Positions 30,597 to 39,663 are shown, counted from the stretch's first letter. The stretch is 64,000 nt of DNA from Candidatus Limnocylindrus sp. (GCA_040397175.1 JBBAWM010000002.1:64001-128000); one strand, 5' to 3'. Translations and numbers: made by a program. Notes: generated by a model from the letters alone, not told the origin.

Positions 30597-30612
30597 ACAC
30601 ACGATCTTGTGT
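30597..30612. promoter_or_regulatory. NrdR box
   Basis: ACACACGATCTTGTGT matches acaCwAtATaTwGtgt at 13 of 16 positions; overlaps by one base a minus-strand -10 TAGACT (30592-30597) upstream of nrdR. Confidence 0.7.
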
Positions 30613-30633
30613 GCTGAGGCACACAACGTGGGG

Positions 30634-31116
30634 TTAGGAGCGGTCGCGCTCGCCGATCGCGTCGCTCGCGTGCTCCAAGACAGGGAGCAGGATGGCCAGC
30701 CCGTCGCGCACGGCGCCACTCCCCCCGGGGAGGTTCACGATGAGCGTCCCCTTGGCAACCCCCGCGACGCCGCGCGAAAGGATCGCCGCAGGGGTCTGGG
30801 AGCGCCCCAGCATGCGAATGGCGTCAGGGATACCCGGGATCACGCGCTCTAGGAGTGGTGCAGTGGCGTCAGGGGTAACGTCGCGAGCGCTGAGCCCAGT
30901 TCCACCCGCAGTCAAGATGACGTCGACGGTACCAAGGTATTGCTCGAGCACCGTTCGAATGGCTTCAAGCTCGTCGGGGGCCTGCGCTCGCTGCACCTCC
31001 CAGCCATGGGCCACGAGAGCAGCCGCGGCAAGGGTCCCCGCCTTATCTTCCCGCTCGCCAGCATGAATCGAGTCACTGACCGTGAGCACCAAGATCGACC
31101 GAAGTGTTTCACTCAT
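30634..31116 (-). CDS. MogA/MoaB family molybdopterin adenylyltransferase
   Basis: LTVSD, EDKAG, TAGGTGLSARDVTPDA, LSRGVAG, NLPG. Confidence 0.92.
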   Translation of the reverse strand: MSETLRSILVLTVSDSIHAGEREDKAGTLAAAALVAHGWEVQRAQAPDELEAIRTVLEQYLGTVDVILTAGGTGLSARDVTPDATAPLLERVIPGIPDAIRMLGRSQTPAAILSRGVAGVAKGTLIVNLPGGSGAVRDGLAILLPVLEHASDAIGERDRS

Positions 31117-31131
31117 CTGCGCATACTAATA

Positions 31132-32682
31132 CTACGCGGCACCGACGAGGCTACGGATGATCAGCATGGCGGCGCCAGCGCCGAGGAAGAGGTTGAGCAA
31201 CATGAACCGACGCCATGCGGCGCGCGCAGCCTGATGTGTCGGGCGACCAACGATGAGGGGAAGTAGCGAGAGTGAGCTCGCACACGGCAAGATCGCCGCA
31301 ATGCGCTGGAGTGGCTCACCCTGCAGCAGGAGCAACGCTCCCGCTGCGGCGTAGAGCGCAACCGCGAACCAGCCACCACCACGAACACCAAGCAGCGTTC
31401 CCACCGTAGCAATTCGTGAGCGTCTATCGGCATCCACATCCTGCAACGCTCCTACGACATGGCTCCCCATGTTCCAAAAGAAGAAGGCAGCAAGCGGTGC
31501 GATCCACGCGCTCTGAAACCTTCCACCGAGTGCGAGCCCAGCCACGGCAGGAATCACAAAATGCGTAGCCGAGATGATTGAATCGAAGATTGGCACGGCG
31601 CGGGCTCGGAGGAACTGCGGCGCGCTGTACATGGTGGCGGCGGCAATCCCAAGAAGACACATCAGCGGCACTACCAGTGATCCCGAGAGGAAGAACACGA
31701 GCGCTGAGCCGGAAGCAAGAAGGAGGAGGCGTCGAAGTGCTGGCAGATCGCGTTCCTGTAACAGCGCGCCCTCGGCGCCGCCCTTACGTGGATTCTTGCG
31801 ATCAGTCGCTAGGTCGTACAGATCGTTGATGCCGTAAAGATAGAGGTTGTACGCCACCCCCCACCAAAGCAAGAGCGGCAAGAACCATGGCCCTACCGCC
31901 TCTCCACCCCCGGCGGCAAGCGCGCCGCCCGCGAACGGGAGAGCAGTATTGATCCACGACACCGGGCGCGAGGAGAGGAGTAACCGCCACCAACCACCAT
32001 TCGTTGCACGAGCCGTTGCCGTTAGCTGCGCTGCAACCAGGGCAAAGGCGGCGGCATAGAGCAGATCTTCGATGGGAGCAAGGCCAAGCGACACACCTGA
32101 ACGCGGCGTAGGTGCGTACTGAAAGAGGTTCGCCGCGCACATCGCGTTGTCCACGATCAGGGTGAGTCCAAGGAATATCACAACAGTTCGACGGCTCCCC
32201 TGGTCGCGCACGAGGAGTGGTCCGGCAAAGAGCAGTGCGCCCGCGGCGAGTCCAGCCGTTGCCGCCGTATATTCACCGCCGATGCCAGCGACCCGCAGAA
32301 CGACAGCGACAGCGACACAGAGGCCAGCTGCGGCACCAGATCGGCCGGCGGAGAGCGATTGATGTCGTTGGCCGCCACTCGTCTGGCCCACGCTCATGAG
32401 CACACCGACCAGCGCGGCAAGTGCGGCGAGGAGGGCGATCTCCTCAACGGGGAGGCCCGCGTTCAGTGCGCCACGACCTGGGAGCATGAGCAGCGTTGAC
32501 GAGAGTGGCGTCGCGAACCACCCACGCCAAATGCCAACCGCATCTACAAGTAGCGCGGCGACGGCGGTGACGACGGTTACGGGGAGGAGTACCTGACGCG
32601 TGACCGGCAATGCGAAGTGGCGGACCAGACCGCGCACACCAACCACCGAGAGCGCGATCAGGGCAAGGTACGCGGCGCCCAT
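31132..32682 (-). CDS. Fusion of two lycopene-cyclase-type domains and a UbiA-family lycopene elongase (CrtYe/CrtYf/CrtEb-like)
   Basis: LPVEEI (cyclase subunit 1); LTLIVDNAM...GLAPIEDLLY (cyclase subunit 2); SSRPVSWINTALPF, YGINDLYD...DRKNPRKGGAEG and ALQDVDADR (CrtEb-like). Confidence 0.8.
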   Translation of the reverse strand: MGAAYLALIALSVVGVRGLVRHFALPVTRQVLLPVTVVTAVAALLVDAVGIWRGWFATPLSSTLLMLPGRGALNAGLPVEEIALLAALAALVGVLMSVGQTSGGQRHQSLSAGRSGAAAGLCVAVAVVLRVAGIGGEYTAATAGLAAGALLFAGPLLVRDQGSRRTVVIFLGLTLIVDNAMCAANLFQYAPTPRSGVSLGLAPIEDLLYAAAFALVAAQLTATARATNGGWWRLLLSSRPVSWINTALPFAGGALAAGGGEAVGPWFLPLLLWWGVAYNLYLYGINDLYDLATDRKNPRKGGAEGALLQERDLPALRRLLLLASGSALVFFLSGSLVVPLMCLLGIAAATMYSAPQFLRARAVPIFDSIISATHFVIPAVAGLALGGRFQSAWIAPLAAFFFWNMGSHVVGALQDVDADRRSRIATVGTLLGVRGGGWFAVALYAAAGALLLLQGEPLQRIAAILPCASSLSLLPLIVGRPTHQAARAAWRRFMLLNLFLGAGAAMLIIRSLVGAA

Positions 32683-33311
32683 CAGCGTGTTCGCGCCGCC
32701 ATCCGATACGAGACGAGCGAGAAGAGGGCGAGGGTGACGCAGAAGAGCAGCGCCGCGAGCACCCAGAAGGGTTCTGGATAGAGCTGCACGAGCCGGTCGG
32801 TCACAGGATTGAAGGTCCAGGTTCCCGCGGCGAAGAAGAGGCCGTGGAAGAAGGAGAACGTAGTATCAAACGCGAGGGTGAAGGCGGCGGTGGCCACCAG
32901 TGCCCCGATGGCAATGAGCGCCGCTCCATCGCGTATGGCCACGCGGAGCCAGCTCCGGCGGCGACGACGGGCGAGGGTCAAGATGACGAGTCCGCCGATT
33001 CCGCTGAGGAGGACTGCGCGAAGAAGCACGCCGACATCAACGAGGTGGGATCGCTCTTCGGCGGAGAGGAGCGGGGTGTCGCCGAGCGGGGCATCAAAGG
33101 CGCCCCCTGTCAGTAAATCCCCCACCAGGGCGTCAGAGAGCCCTTCGGCTACGGCTGGCTCCACCCCGAGCGTCGCAGGGGCGTCGCTGATCCCCAGCAA
33201 GAGGTGCACCACTGGGGGCGTCAAGAAGATCGCCGTCGTTGCGGCAATCGCCAGGGCCACGGCGGCGAGGGCGAGGAGCGCCCGCCGCAAGAGGCGGCGG
33301 AGGGACGTCAC
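32682..33311 (-). CDS. DUF1461/TIGR01906-like integral membrane protein
   Basis: ERSHLVDV, FDTTFSFFHGLFF..GTWTF...DRLVQLYPEPFW; about four TM helices. Confidence 0.75.
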   Translation of the reverse strand: MTSLRRLLRRALLALAAVALAIAATTAIFLTPPVVHLLLGISDAPATLGVEPAVAEGLSDALVGDLLTGGAFDAPLGDTPLLSAEERSHLVDVGVLLRAVLLSGIGGLVILTLARRRRRSWLRVAIRDGAALIAIGALVATAAFTLAFDTTFSFFHGLFFAAGTWTFNPVTDRLVQLYPEPFWVLAALLFCVTLALFSLVSYRMAARTR

Positions 33312-33697
33312 GCGTCAGCGAGAACCTGCCCCTGTTCCCACCACGATCGGAGGGAGAGTGGGTCAGGGGCCGGCAGGCCAAGTGTCTGTGCGGTCGTCAT
33401 TACGACCGCCTGGAAGTGCTCCCACGGTGCCGCAGCGAGCGCCTCGACGCCGCCAAAGCCCGACTGAGCCAGGAGCTCGTGCTCACTCGGCCCAAGGAAG
33501 GCCAGGTTCAGGAGGAGTGCCTCATCGCGCCATTCGGCGACATCGGCGGTCGAGGCGTCCGTCTGGTCGGCAAGTGTTTGGCGGCGGGTGGGGGTCTCCG
33601 TTCGCTCAAGCAGGAGCCCTGTGGTGAAGATCCCCTGGGCCTCGAGGCGCGCAAGGTGCACCGGCTCGATTCGTGTGAGTTGACCGATGGCTGGCAT
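33308..33697 (-). CDS. DUF4332-like helix-hairpin-helix protein
   Basis: RIEPVHLARLEAQGIFTTGLLL...RQTLA...W...L...LGPSEHELL pattern; ATG 33697 with GGGAG RBS. Confidence 0.65.
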   Translation of the reverse strand: MPAIGQLTRIEPVHLARLEAQGIFTTGLLLERTETPTRRQTLADQTDASTADVAEWRDEALLLNLAFLGPSEHELLAQSGFGGVEALAAAPWEHFQAVVMTTAQTLGLPAPDPLSLRSWWEQGQVLADA

Positions 33698-33757
33698 GGC
33701 TCCCCCTTTCCCTCCCCGCAGCCTAGCGCCTCCCGCGGAGGCTGTGGGATGCCGATT

Positions 33758-33777
33758 TGTTACAGAATACTGTAACA
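33758..33777. promoter_or_regulatory. Perfect inverted repeat, putative operator in the divergent promoter region
   Basis: TGTTACAG-AATA-CTGTAACA. Confidence 0.6.
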
Positions 33778-33873
33778 GTTGCATAATATTACGGAATCGC
33801 AACATCTTGCCCAGGATTTGCGATACTTATCAACAGCGATCCAAGGAGGTCGCAGGTATTAGTGGAGGTCACT

Positions 33874-34668
33874 ATGGATGCTGTAATGGCATACAAGTTG
33901 GTCTACGGGTTCATGTCCCTTGCCATCGCGGCAATGGGCGCGAGCTTCTTCTTCTTCGTTTCCGCACGCGGAGCGCTGAAGGAAGGCAATCGAATGGCAG
34001 TAACGCTCTCGGCCACCGTTGTGCTGATCGCGTTCTACCACTACATCCGCATCTTCGACTCATGGGTCGAAGTCGGAACAAACCTCAAGGAGGTTCTCGC
34101 CTTGGGCGTCCCAGCCGGTCAGCAGCTTGCTACTGCGGCAGGGACCTTCAACGAGTCCTACCGATACGTGGACTGGCTCCTGACGGTGCCGCTCCTCGTC
34201 GCGGAGCTCGTGCTTGTTCTCAAGCTCGATAAGAAGCTTGAGAGCACGCTGATCAAGCGCAATGTGGTCTACGCGTTCTTGATGATCGCGACCGGCTACA
34301 TCGGTGAGAATTACACCGTTAATTCGATCCAGCTCGACAGTGGTCGCACCATCTGGGGCGCAATCAGCTCAGTCTTCTTCGTCCTCATCCTGCGCGACCT
34401 GTTCGGCGGGATCGATGCGTCGATCAAGAAGCAGAGCAAGGACATTCAGGGGATCTTCAAGATCCTCCGCGTCGTCCTTATCGCAACCTGGGGCGTCTAC
34501 CCAATCGCCTATCTGCTCCCAGCAATCGCTGGCAACCTCGGCCTAACCGCCGATGCTGGCCTTGCCTACAAGCAGATCGGATACACGATTGCCGACATCC
34601 TGGCGAAGCCGGGCTACGGTCTCCTCATTTGGAAGATCGCAACCCTGAAGAACGGTTCTTCGAAGTAA
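33874..34668 (+). CDS. Microbial rhodopsin, xanthorhodopsin/actinorhodopsin-like proton pump (DTE)
   Basis: [31 protein letters not shown] (D-T-E), [18 protein letters not shown] (retinal Lys); seven hydrophobic segments; GGAGG RBS. Confidence 0.96.
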   Translation: MDAVMAYKLVYGFMSLAIAAMGASFFFFVSARGALKEGNRMAVTLSATVVLIAFYHYIRIFDSWVEVGTNLKEVLALGVPAGQQLATAAGTFNESYRYVDWLLTVPLLVAELVLVLKLDKKLESTLIKRNVVYAFLMIATGYIGENYTVNSIQLDSGRTIWGAISSVFFVLILRDLFGGIDASIKKQSKDIQGIFKILRVVLIATWGVYPIAYLLPAIAGNLGLTADAGLAYKQIGYTIADILAKPGYGLLIWKIATLKNGSSK

Positions 34669-34675
34669 TCCCCTT

Positions 34676-34693
34676 CCAGCGGCAAACCGCTGG
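34676..34693 (+). terminator. Hairpin just downstream of the rhodopsin stop
   Basis: CCAGCGG-CAAA-CCGCTGG followed by TTT. Confidence 0.5.
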
Positions 34694-34705
34694 TTTCGGA
34701 TACAG

Positions 34706-34738
34706 GAAAAGGCCCGGGGGAAACCCCCGGGCCTTTTC
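34706..34738. terminator. Bidirectional intrinsic terminator
   Basis: GAAAAGGCCCGGGGG-AAA-CCCCCGGGCCTTTTC between the convergent rhodopsin and tRNA-Pro genes. Confidence 0.85.
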
Positions 34739-34753
34739 TATTGGTCAACGTTG

Positions 34754-34830
34754 TGGTCGGGGCGACTGGATTCGAACCAGCGACCTCTTGCACCCCATGC
34801 AAGCGCGCTACCAAGCTGCGCTACGCCCCG
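34754..34830 (-). tRNA. tRNA-Pro(GGG)
   Basis: CGGGGCGTAGCGCAGCTTGGTAGCGCG-CTTGC-ATGGGGT-GCAAG...GGTTCGAATCC...CCA. Confidence 0.97.
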
Positions 34831-34865
34831 AGTGGGTCCAAAGTTTTGGCAGTGTACCAGGAAGC

Positions 34866-35882
34866 CTAGCGCCACTCCCCTGCTGGTGAACGGCCGAGCA
34901 GCGCGCGCGCGAGTGCTTCAATCGTGGTTCCTCCATCGAGTGCAGCGACGACCGCTGCGGTGATCGGCATCTCAAGTTTGTGGGCCGCCGCAAGTTGTAG
35001 GGCTCCATGCGCCGTGCCGATTCCCTCCACCGTTGCGCCAATCTTCTCTACGGCTGCCTGCACACTCATGCCGCTGGCGAGGAGTGCGCCGAGCTTTGCA
35101 TTGCGGGAACCCGTGTTGGACGCAGTCACCACGAGGTCACCCACGCCAGCAAGTCCACAAGCGGTCTCTGTGCGGCCACCACATGCCTCAGCCAGGCGTG
35201 CCATCTCCGCAACGCCACGCGAAAGTAGTGCTGCAGCGGCATTCTCACCGTAGCCCAGCGCTCGGACACCGCTCACGGCAATGGCGATAACGTTCTTGAG
35301 CGCCCCGCTGATCTCGACGCCAACCACGTCGTCGGTGAGGTAGAGCCGAAGGGTGGGTCGAACGAGCCGCGTGCGCAGCGTCTCCAAGAGTTGTGTTGGT
35401 CCAGCAAGGACGGCTGCGGCAGGTTTCCCGATGGCTATCTCACTGGCAAGATTTGGGCCAGAGAGCACAGCGAGTTGCGTCGAATCTGCCCCAGCGGCCA
35501 GGAGCAGTTCTGAGGGACGCGCGCCGCTGCTCGATAACCCTTTCGAAGCGATCACGGTGGCGGCGCCTCCAGCAGCCTGCACAATGCGCTTCGCCGTTTC
35601 AGGATCGAGCTCGGTCGAGGGAATCGTGACGACAAAGGTGTCCTCAGCGGACAACGATGCCAGCATTTCGGTCACGCTGAAGATGCTGATTGAGGTTGGC
35701 AGTCCCACACCGGGGAGGCGGCGCGAGTTCACGCGCGCACTCCGAAGGAGGGCTGCCTCGTCGGGAGTTCGTGCGAGTAGCTCAATGATTGGGGCTGGTC
35801 GACCCTCACCCTGCTCTTGGCTCCAGAGCAACGCAAGGGCGGTCCCCCATGCCCCAGCGCCGAGAACGCGGATCGTGCTCAT
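34866..35882 (-). CDS. gpsA: NAD(P)H-dependent glycerol-3-phosphate dehydrogenase
   Basis: [35 protein letters not shown]. Confidence 0.96.
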   Translation of the reverse strand: MSTIRVLGAGAWGTALALLWSQEQGEGRPAPIIELLARTPDEAALLRSARVNSRRLPGVGLPTSISIFSVTEMLASLSAEDTFVVTIPSTELDPETAKRIVQAAGGAATVIASKGLSSSGARPSELLLAAGADSTQLAVLSGPNLASEIAIGKPAAAVLAGPTQLLETLRTRLVRPTLRLYLTDDVVGVEISGALKNVIAIAVSGVRALGYGENAAAALLSRGVAEMARLAEACGGRTETACGLAGVGDLVVTASNTGSRNAKLGALLASGMSVQAAVEKIGATVEGIGTAHGALQLAAAHKLEMPITAAVVAALDGGTTIEALARALLGRSPAGEWR

Positions 35883-37336
35883 GCGCGGGGGGCGGGTTTC
35901 ACCTTTGCAGGCGCCCGCTTTGTTGAGCGCGACGAACGACCGCGCTCTCGCCCCTCCTCGGCTTCACGCTCACGAACGACGATTCGAATCGGCGTCCCCA
36001 TGAGGGGGTACTTCTCGCGGATCTGATTCTCAAGGAAGCGCTGCCACGTGAAGTGGACCTGGGCCGCATTTCGTGCGAAGACCACAAAGGTAGGGGGTGG
36101 CGTAGCGGCCTGGGCGGCGTAGAGGATTTTTGGCCGCTTGCTCCCGCTGTGGGCTGGCTCTTGGCGGGCTACAGCCTCGGCGATGAGGCGGTTCAGCACC
36201 CCGGTCGGAATCCGCAGATTTCGCGCATCGGCGGCGGCAACCGCCGCGTCCAACACCTTCGTCGCGCGCAAGCCGGTCACTGCCGAGATGGAGACGAGCG
36301 GAGCGAAGTCCAGGAATGGGGCTTGACGACGGAGTTTCCCCTCGATCTCGTCGAAGGTGAAACCATCCTTCTCAATCAAATCCCACTTATTCAAGACCAG
36401 TACAAGGCCCTTGCCCGCATCGATCACCGAACCGGCGATGTGCAGATCCTGGGCCTGCAGACCGGTTGAGGCGTCGATGAGGAGCAGCGCCACATCGGCG
36501 CGATCGAGGGCGCGCACCGAGCGCACCGTTGCCCACTTGTCAGCCGAAGGACCAGAGGCAACCTTGCCGCGCTTCCGAATGCCAGCGGTGTCGACAAGCG
36601 TAATCTGCCGGCCTGCATGAAGGAGCGTCTCATCGATGGCGTCGCGCGTTGTGCCAGCAACGGCGCTCACCACCGTGCGCTCACTACCAATGAGCTTATT
36701 GAGGAGACTTGACTTGCCGACGTTCGGCCGCCCCACGATGGCGACAGTTACCTCACCCTCGACATAGGCACTTCCCGCATCTTCGGGGAGCGCTTCGAGC
36801 CGCTCAACGATGACATCAAGCAGATCACCCGACCCGATACCGTGCTGGGCACTCACCGTATGGAGTCGATCGAATCCAAGGATTGAAAACTCTTGGGCGG
36901 CGCGATCCCGTTCGATGTTGTCCGCCTTGTTCGCCACAAGGATGATCGGCTTGCCACTGCGACGCAGCAACTGCGCCACCTCGCCATCGCCAGGATTCGG
37001 GCCAGTGGCGGCATCGACGAGCAGTAGGATCAGATCGGCGGCATCGACGGCGATCCGCGCCTGGTCTTGCACACCAATTTCGATCGGATCACCAACAGCG
37101 GGTTGCATGCCACCGGTGTCGACAACACGAAAGCGCATCCCATTCCATTCGACGATGCCGATAAGTCGATCGCGGGTCGTACCGGCGCGGTCTTCAACGA
37201 CGGCACGTCGCTCTCCAACGAATCGGTTGAAAAGGGTGCTCTTGCCAACGTTTGGACGTCCAACGAGGGCTACCAGCGGCAGTCGGCGCGGTAAGGACTC
37301 GCTTTCGACCGCTACATCAAACTCTTCATCGCTCAT
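35879..37336 (-). CDS. der: Ribosome biogenesis GTPase Der
   Basis: Two GRPNVGKS G-domains (DTGG, DTAG) and C-terminal KH-like PPTF. Confidence 0.97.
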   Translation of the reverse strand: MSDEEFDVAVESESLPRRLPLVALVGRPNVGKSTLFNRFVGERRAVVEDRAGTTRDRLIGIVEWNGMRFRVVDTGGMQPAVGDPIEIGVQDQARIAVDAADLILLLVDAATGPNPGDGEVAQLLRRSGKPIILVANKADNIERDRAAQEFSILGFDRLHTVSAQHGIGSGDLLDVIVERLEALPEDAGSAYVEGEVTVAIVGRPNVGKSSLLNKLIGSERTVVSAVAGTTRDAIDETLLHAGRQITLVDTAGIRKRGKVASGPSADKWATVRSVRALDRADVALLLIDASTGLQAQDLHIAGSVIDAGKGLVLVLNKWDLIEKDGFTFDEIEGKLRRQAPFLDFAPLVSISAVTGLRATKVLDAAVAAADARNLRIPTGVLNRLIAEAVARQEPAHSGSKRPKILYAAQAATPPPTFVVFARNAAQVHFTWQRFLENQIREKYPLMGTPIRIVVREREAEEGRERGRSSRSTKRAPAKVKPAPRA

Positions 37337-38289
37337 GCTGGTACGCCGCCATCGATTGAGGTGGTGCGGTATTGCGGTGTCGCGGCGGCTTCGAGGGCGG
37401 CTCGTGCAATGTCTTTCGCATTCGCGCGCACCTGCTCGGTGCCACCGAGTTCAGCAATCCTGAGGGCGACACGTTCGAGATCTTCAATCGGCGTACTGGT
37501 TCCTCCGGTGATGCCAACGGTGTGCACGTTTGCAAAGAGCGACGCGTCGGAGAGCCCTTGGGCAGATTCAATCTGCACGGCACGGGTGCCGCTAATCTCA
37601 CAGAGGCGGGTGAGCTCCTTGGTGTTGGCACTCCGAGTCCCGCCGACAACGATCATGAGTTGGACCTCGCGAGCGATGGCGATCGTATCCTCCTGCCGCC
37701 GAATGGTGACGGGGCACACCGTGTTGATGACCTTGAGTTCGTGGCAGCGTGACACGAGGAAGGCTGCCAGACGCTCAAATTTCCATGGAGGTTGGGTGGA
37801 CTGCGTGATCAGGGCCATACGCTTGCGACGCGGAATGCTGGCCCAATCCTCCTCCTCGTCGACCAGGATGGCGTTCGGCGCAAACCCTAGTAGTCCGACG
37901 ACCTCGGGGTGGTTCGGCGTACCAAGGAGGACGATCTCGTAGCCCTCCTCCACGAGTCGAGCGAGCTCACGATGCTCCTGTGTCACCCAGGTACAGGTGC
38001 CATCGATGACCTCTAGGCCGCGTTCTGCCGCACGACCGAGCACCTCAGGGGTGACGCCATGTGCACGGATGACCACGGCTGTGCCCGATGCGACCTCATC
38101 AAGCTGGTCGACGTTCTTAATCCCTCGGGCGCGCAGGTCAGCGATCAGCCCCTCGTTGTGTACAACGTGCCCAAGGGTATGGGTCTCTTTGCCGCTAGCG
38201 CGGGCGATCTTGGCCTTATCGATGGCCTCACGGACGCCATAGCAGACGCCTGTACGCTTCGCGATCACGATGTTCTCGACGCTTCCCAT
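37333..38289 (-). CDS. ispH: 4-hydroxy-3-methylbut-2-enyl diphosphate reductase
   Basis: GVCYGV, VHN, IRAHGV, DGTC, HPEV, QST, NTVC, SANT; ATG 38289. Confidence 0.95.
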   Translation of the reverse strand: MGSVENIVIAKRTGVCYGVREAIDKAKIARASGKETHTLGHVVHNEGLIADLRARGIKNVDQLDEVASGTAVVIRAHGVTPEVLGRAAERGLEVIDGTCTWVTQEHRELARLVEEGYEIVLLGTPNHPEVVGLLGFAPNAILVDEEEDWASIPRRKRMALITQSTQPPWKFERLAAFLVSRCHELKVINTVCPVTIRRQEDTIAIAREVQLMIVVGGTRSANTKELTRLCEISGTRAVQIESAQGLSDASLFANVHTVGITGGTSTPIEDLERVALRIAELGGTEQVRANAKDIARAALEAAATPQYRTTSIDGGVPA

Positions 38290-38314
38290 GCAGGCATTAT
38301 CGCCCACCCCGCCC

Positions 38315-38965
38315 CTAGGGCCGATTCGCCTCCGGAAGCAGTGCCGCGACAGCGTCATGGATGGCGCCGCTCACCGCGGCAAGCTCAGGCCGCGACCCTT
38401 CCACGCGAGGAATCTCCACCGGCTCCCCAATCGTCAGGGTGACGCGGGGAACGCGACGTGGGATCAGGGAGCCCTTGCGCCAGAGACCGTCGGTACCGGT
38501 GACCGCCACTGGCAGAATGGGAACGCCGCTCCGCAGCGCGAGGAGGGCTGCCCCATCGCGAAATGGACGCAAGACGCCGTCGGGCGAGCGTGTCCCCTCC
38601 GGATAGATCCCGAGGATCCGCCCTTCGCCGAGCATGCGCTCGGCCAACCGGAATGCCTCGAGATCCGCGGCGCCGCGTCGCACCCCAAAGACGCCGTTCA
38701 CTCGTAGGAACCAGCCGATCAACGGCCAGCGCATCGCCTCGGCCTTCCCCATGTAGGTCATCGGGCGACCGGTAGCGGGGGTGAGCCAGCAGGCAAGTAG
38801 AACGGGATCTACCCACGAGATGTGGTTTGAAGCGAGCAGCGCGGCGCCCGTCTTGGGGATTCGTTCAAGACCGTGCACAACGATCTCTCCAGCCAGCCGC
38901 TCCATCGCCCAGCGGCCGAATCGCTCCGAGAGGCGCATCCCGATCGGAATCCGCTCCGTCGTCAT
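38315..38965 (-). CDS. plsC: 1-acyl-sn-glycerol-3-phosphate acyltransferase
   Basis: SNHISWVD, YPEGTRS, PILPV. Confidence 0.9.
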   Translation of the reverse strand: MTTERIPIGMRLSERFGRWAMERLAGEIVVHGLERIPKTGAALLASNHISWVDPVLLACWLTPATGRPMTYMGKAEAMRWPLIGWFLRVNGVFGVRRGAADLEAFRLAERMLGEGRILGIYPEGTRSPDGVLRPFRDGAALLALRSGVPILPVAVTGTDGLWRKGSLIPRRVPRVTLTIGEPVEIPRVEGSRPELAAVSGAIHDAVAALLPEANRP

Positions 38966-39663
38966 CGTGCGACCTTACGCGCCTCAGTCACAACTCGTTC
39001 CACCACCTCGGATAGATCCAGGAGATCTGTGTGCACCACGATGGCATCATCGGCCGCTACCAGTGGAGCGACGGGGCGAGCCCGATCCTCTGCGTCGCGC
39101 GCAACCAGGCTAGAGAGGATCAGTTGATGCTCCGACGATCCAAGGTCAAATCCACGCTGCACGGCACGTCGCGCTGCACGCGCCTCCGCCGTAGCATCGA
39201 GGTAGATCTTGCACTCGGCGTCGGGGAGGACCACCGTGCCAATATCGCGCCCTGCAAGAACCGCCCCGCCGCGGGCCGCGACGTTTCGCTGCACGTTACG
39301 AAGGGCATCACGAACGCTCGCAATCGATGCAACCGCAGGAACGTACTGCTCAACATCTGCAGCTTCGAGTTGCGTATCTACAAGCGAGACGCCGCCGACG
39401 ACCATGGTCAAACTCATGCCGCTCCCCTGCGCATCGGTTGCACGTGCCAAATCTGTGAGGTCGTGCCGCAGCTGCTCATAGGGTGCACCAGCCACCTCCG
39501 CCGCCGTAATGGGATCGGTAAACCAACCGAGATCAATCGCGCGCCGGGTGATCGCTCGATAGAGCAGGCCAGTATCAAGGAATCCAATACCGAGCTCTTC
39601 TGCAACAAGCCGACCAACGCTGCTCTTACCGCTCGAGGCTGGCCCGTCAATGGCAATGCGCAT
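38962..39663 (-). CDS. cmk: Cytidylate kinase
   Basis: IAIDGPASSGKS, LDTGLLYRA, GRDIGTVVLPDA. Confidence 0.96.
   Translation of the reverse strand: MRIAIDGPASSGKSSVGRLVAEELGIGFLDTGLLYRAITRRAIDLGWFTDPITAAEVAGAPYEQLRHDLTDLARATDAQGSGMSLTMVVGGVSLVDTQLEAADVEQYVPAVASIASVRDALRNVQRNVAARGGAVLAGRDIGTVVLPDAECKIYLDATAEARAARRAVQRGFDLGSSEHQLILSSLVARDAEDRARPVAPLVAADDAIVVHTDLLDLSEVVERVVTEARKVAR

Noticed and set aside
33698-33805. N-terminal extension of the DUF4332-like ORF given in the ORF track
   Set aside because: Runs through the AT-rich palindromic control region; the ATG at 33697 has a good RBS
34741-34760. TGGTC repeat beyond the tRNA-Pro 3' end as an att scar for the rhodopsin region
   Set aside because: Only 5 bp; no integrase or matching distal repeat
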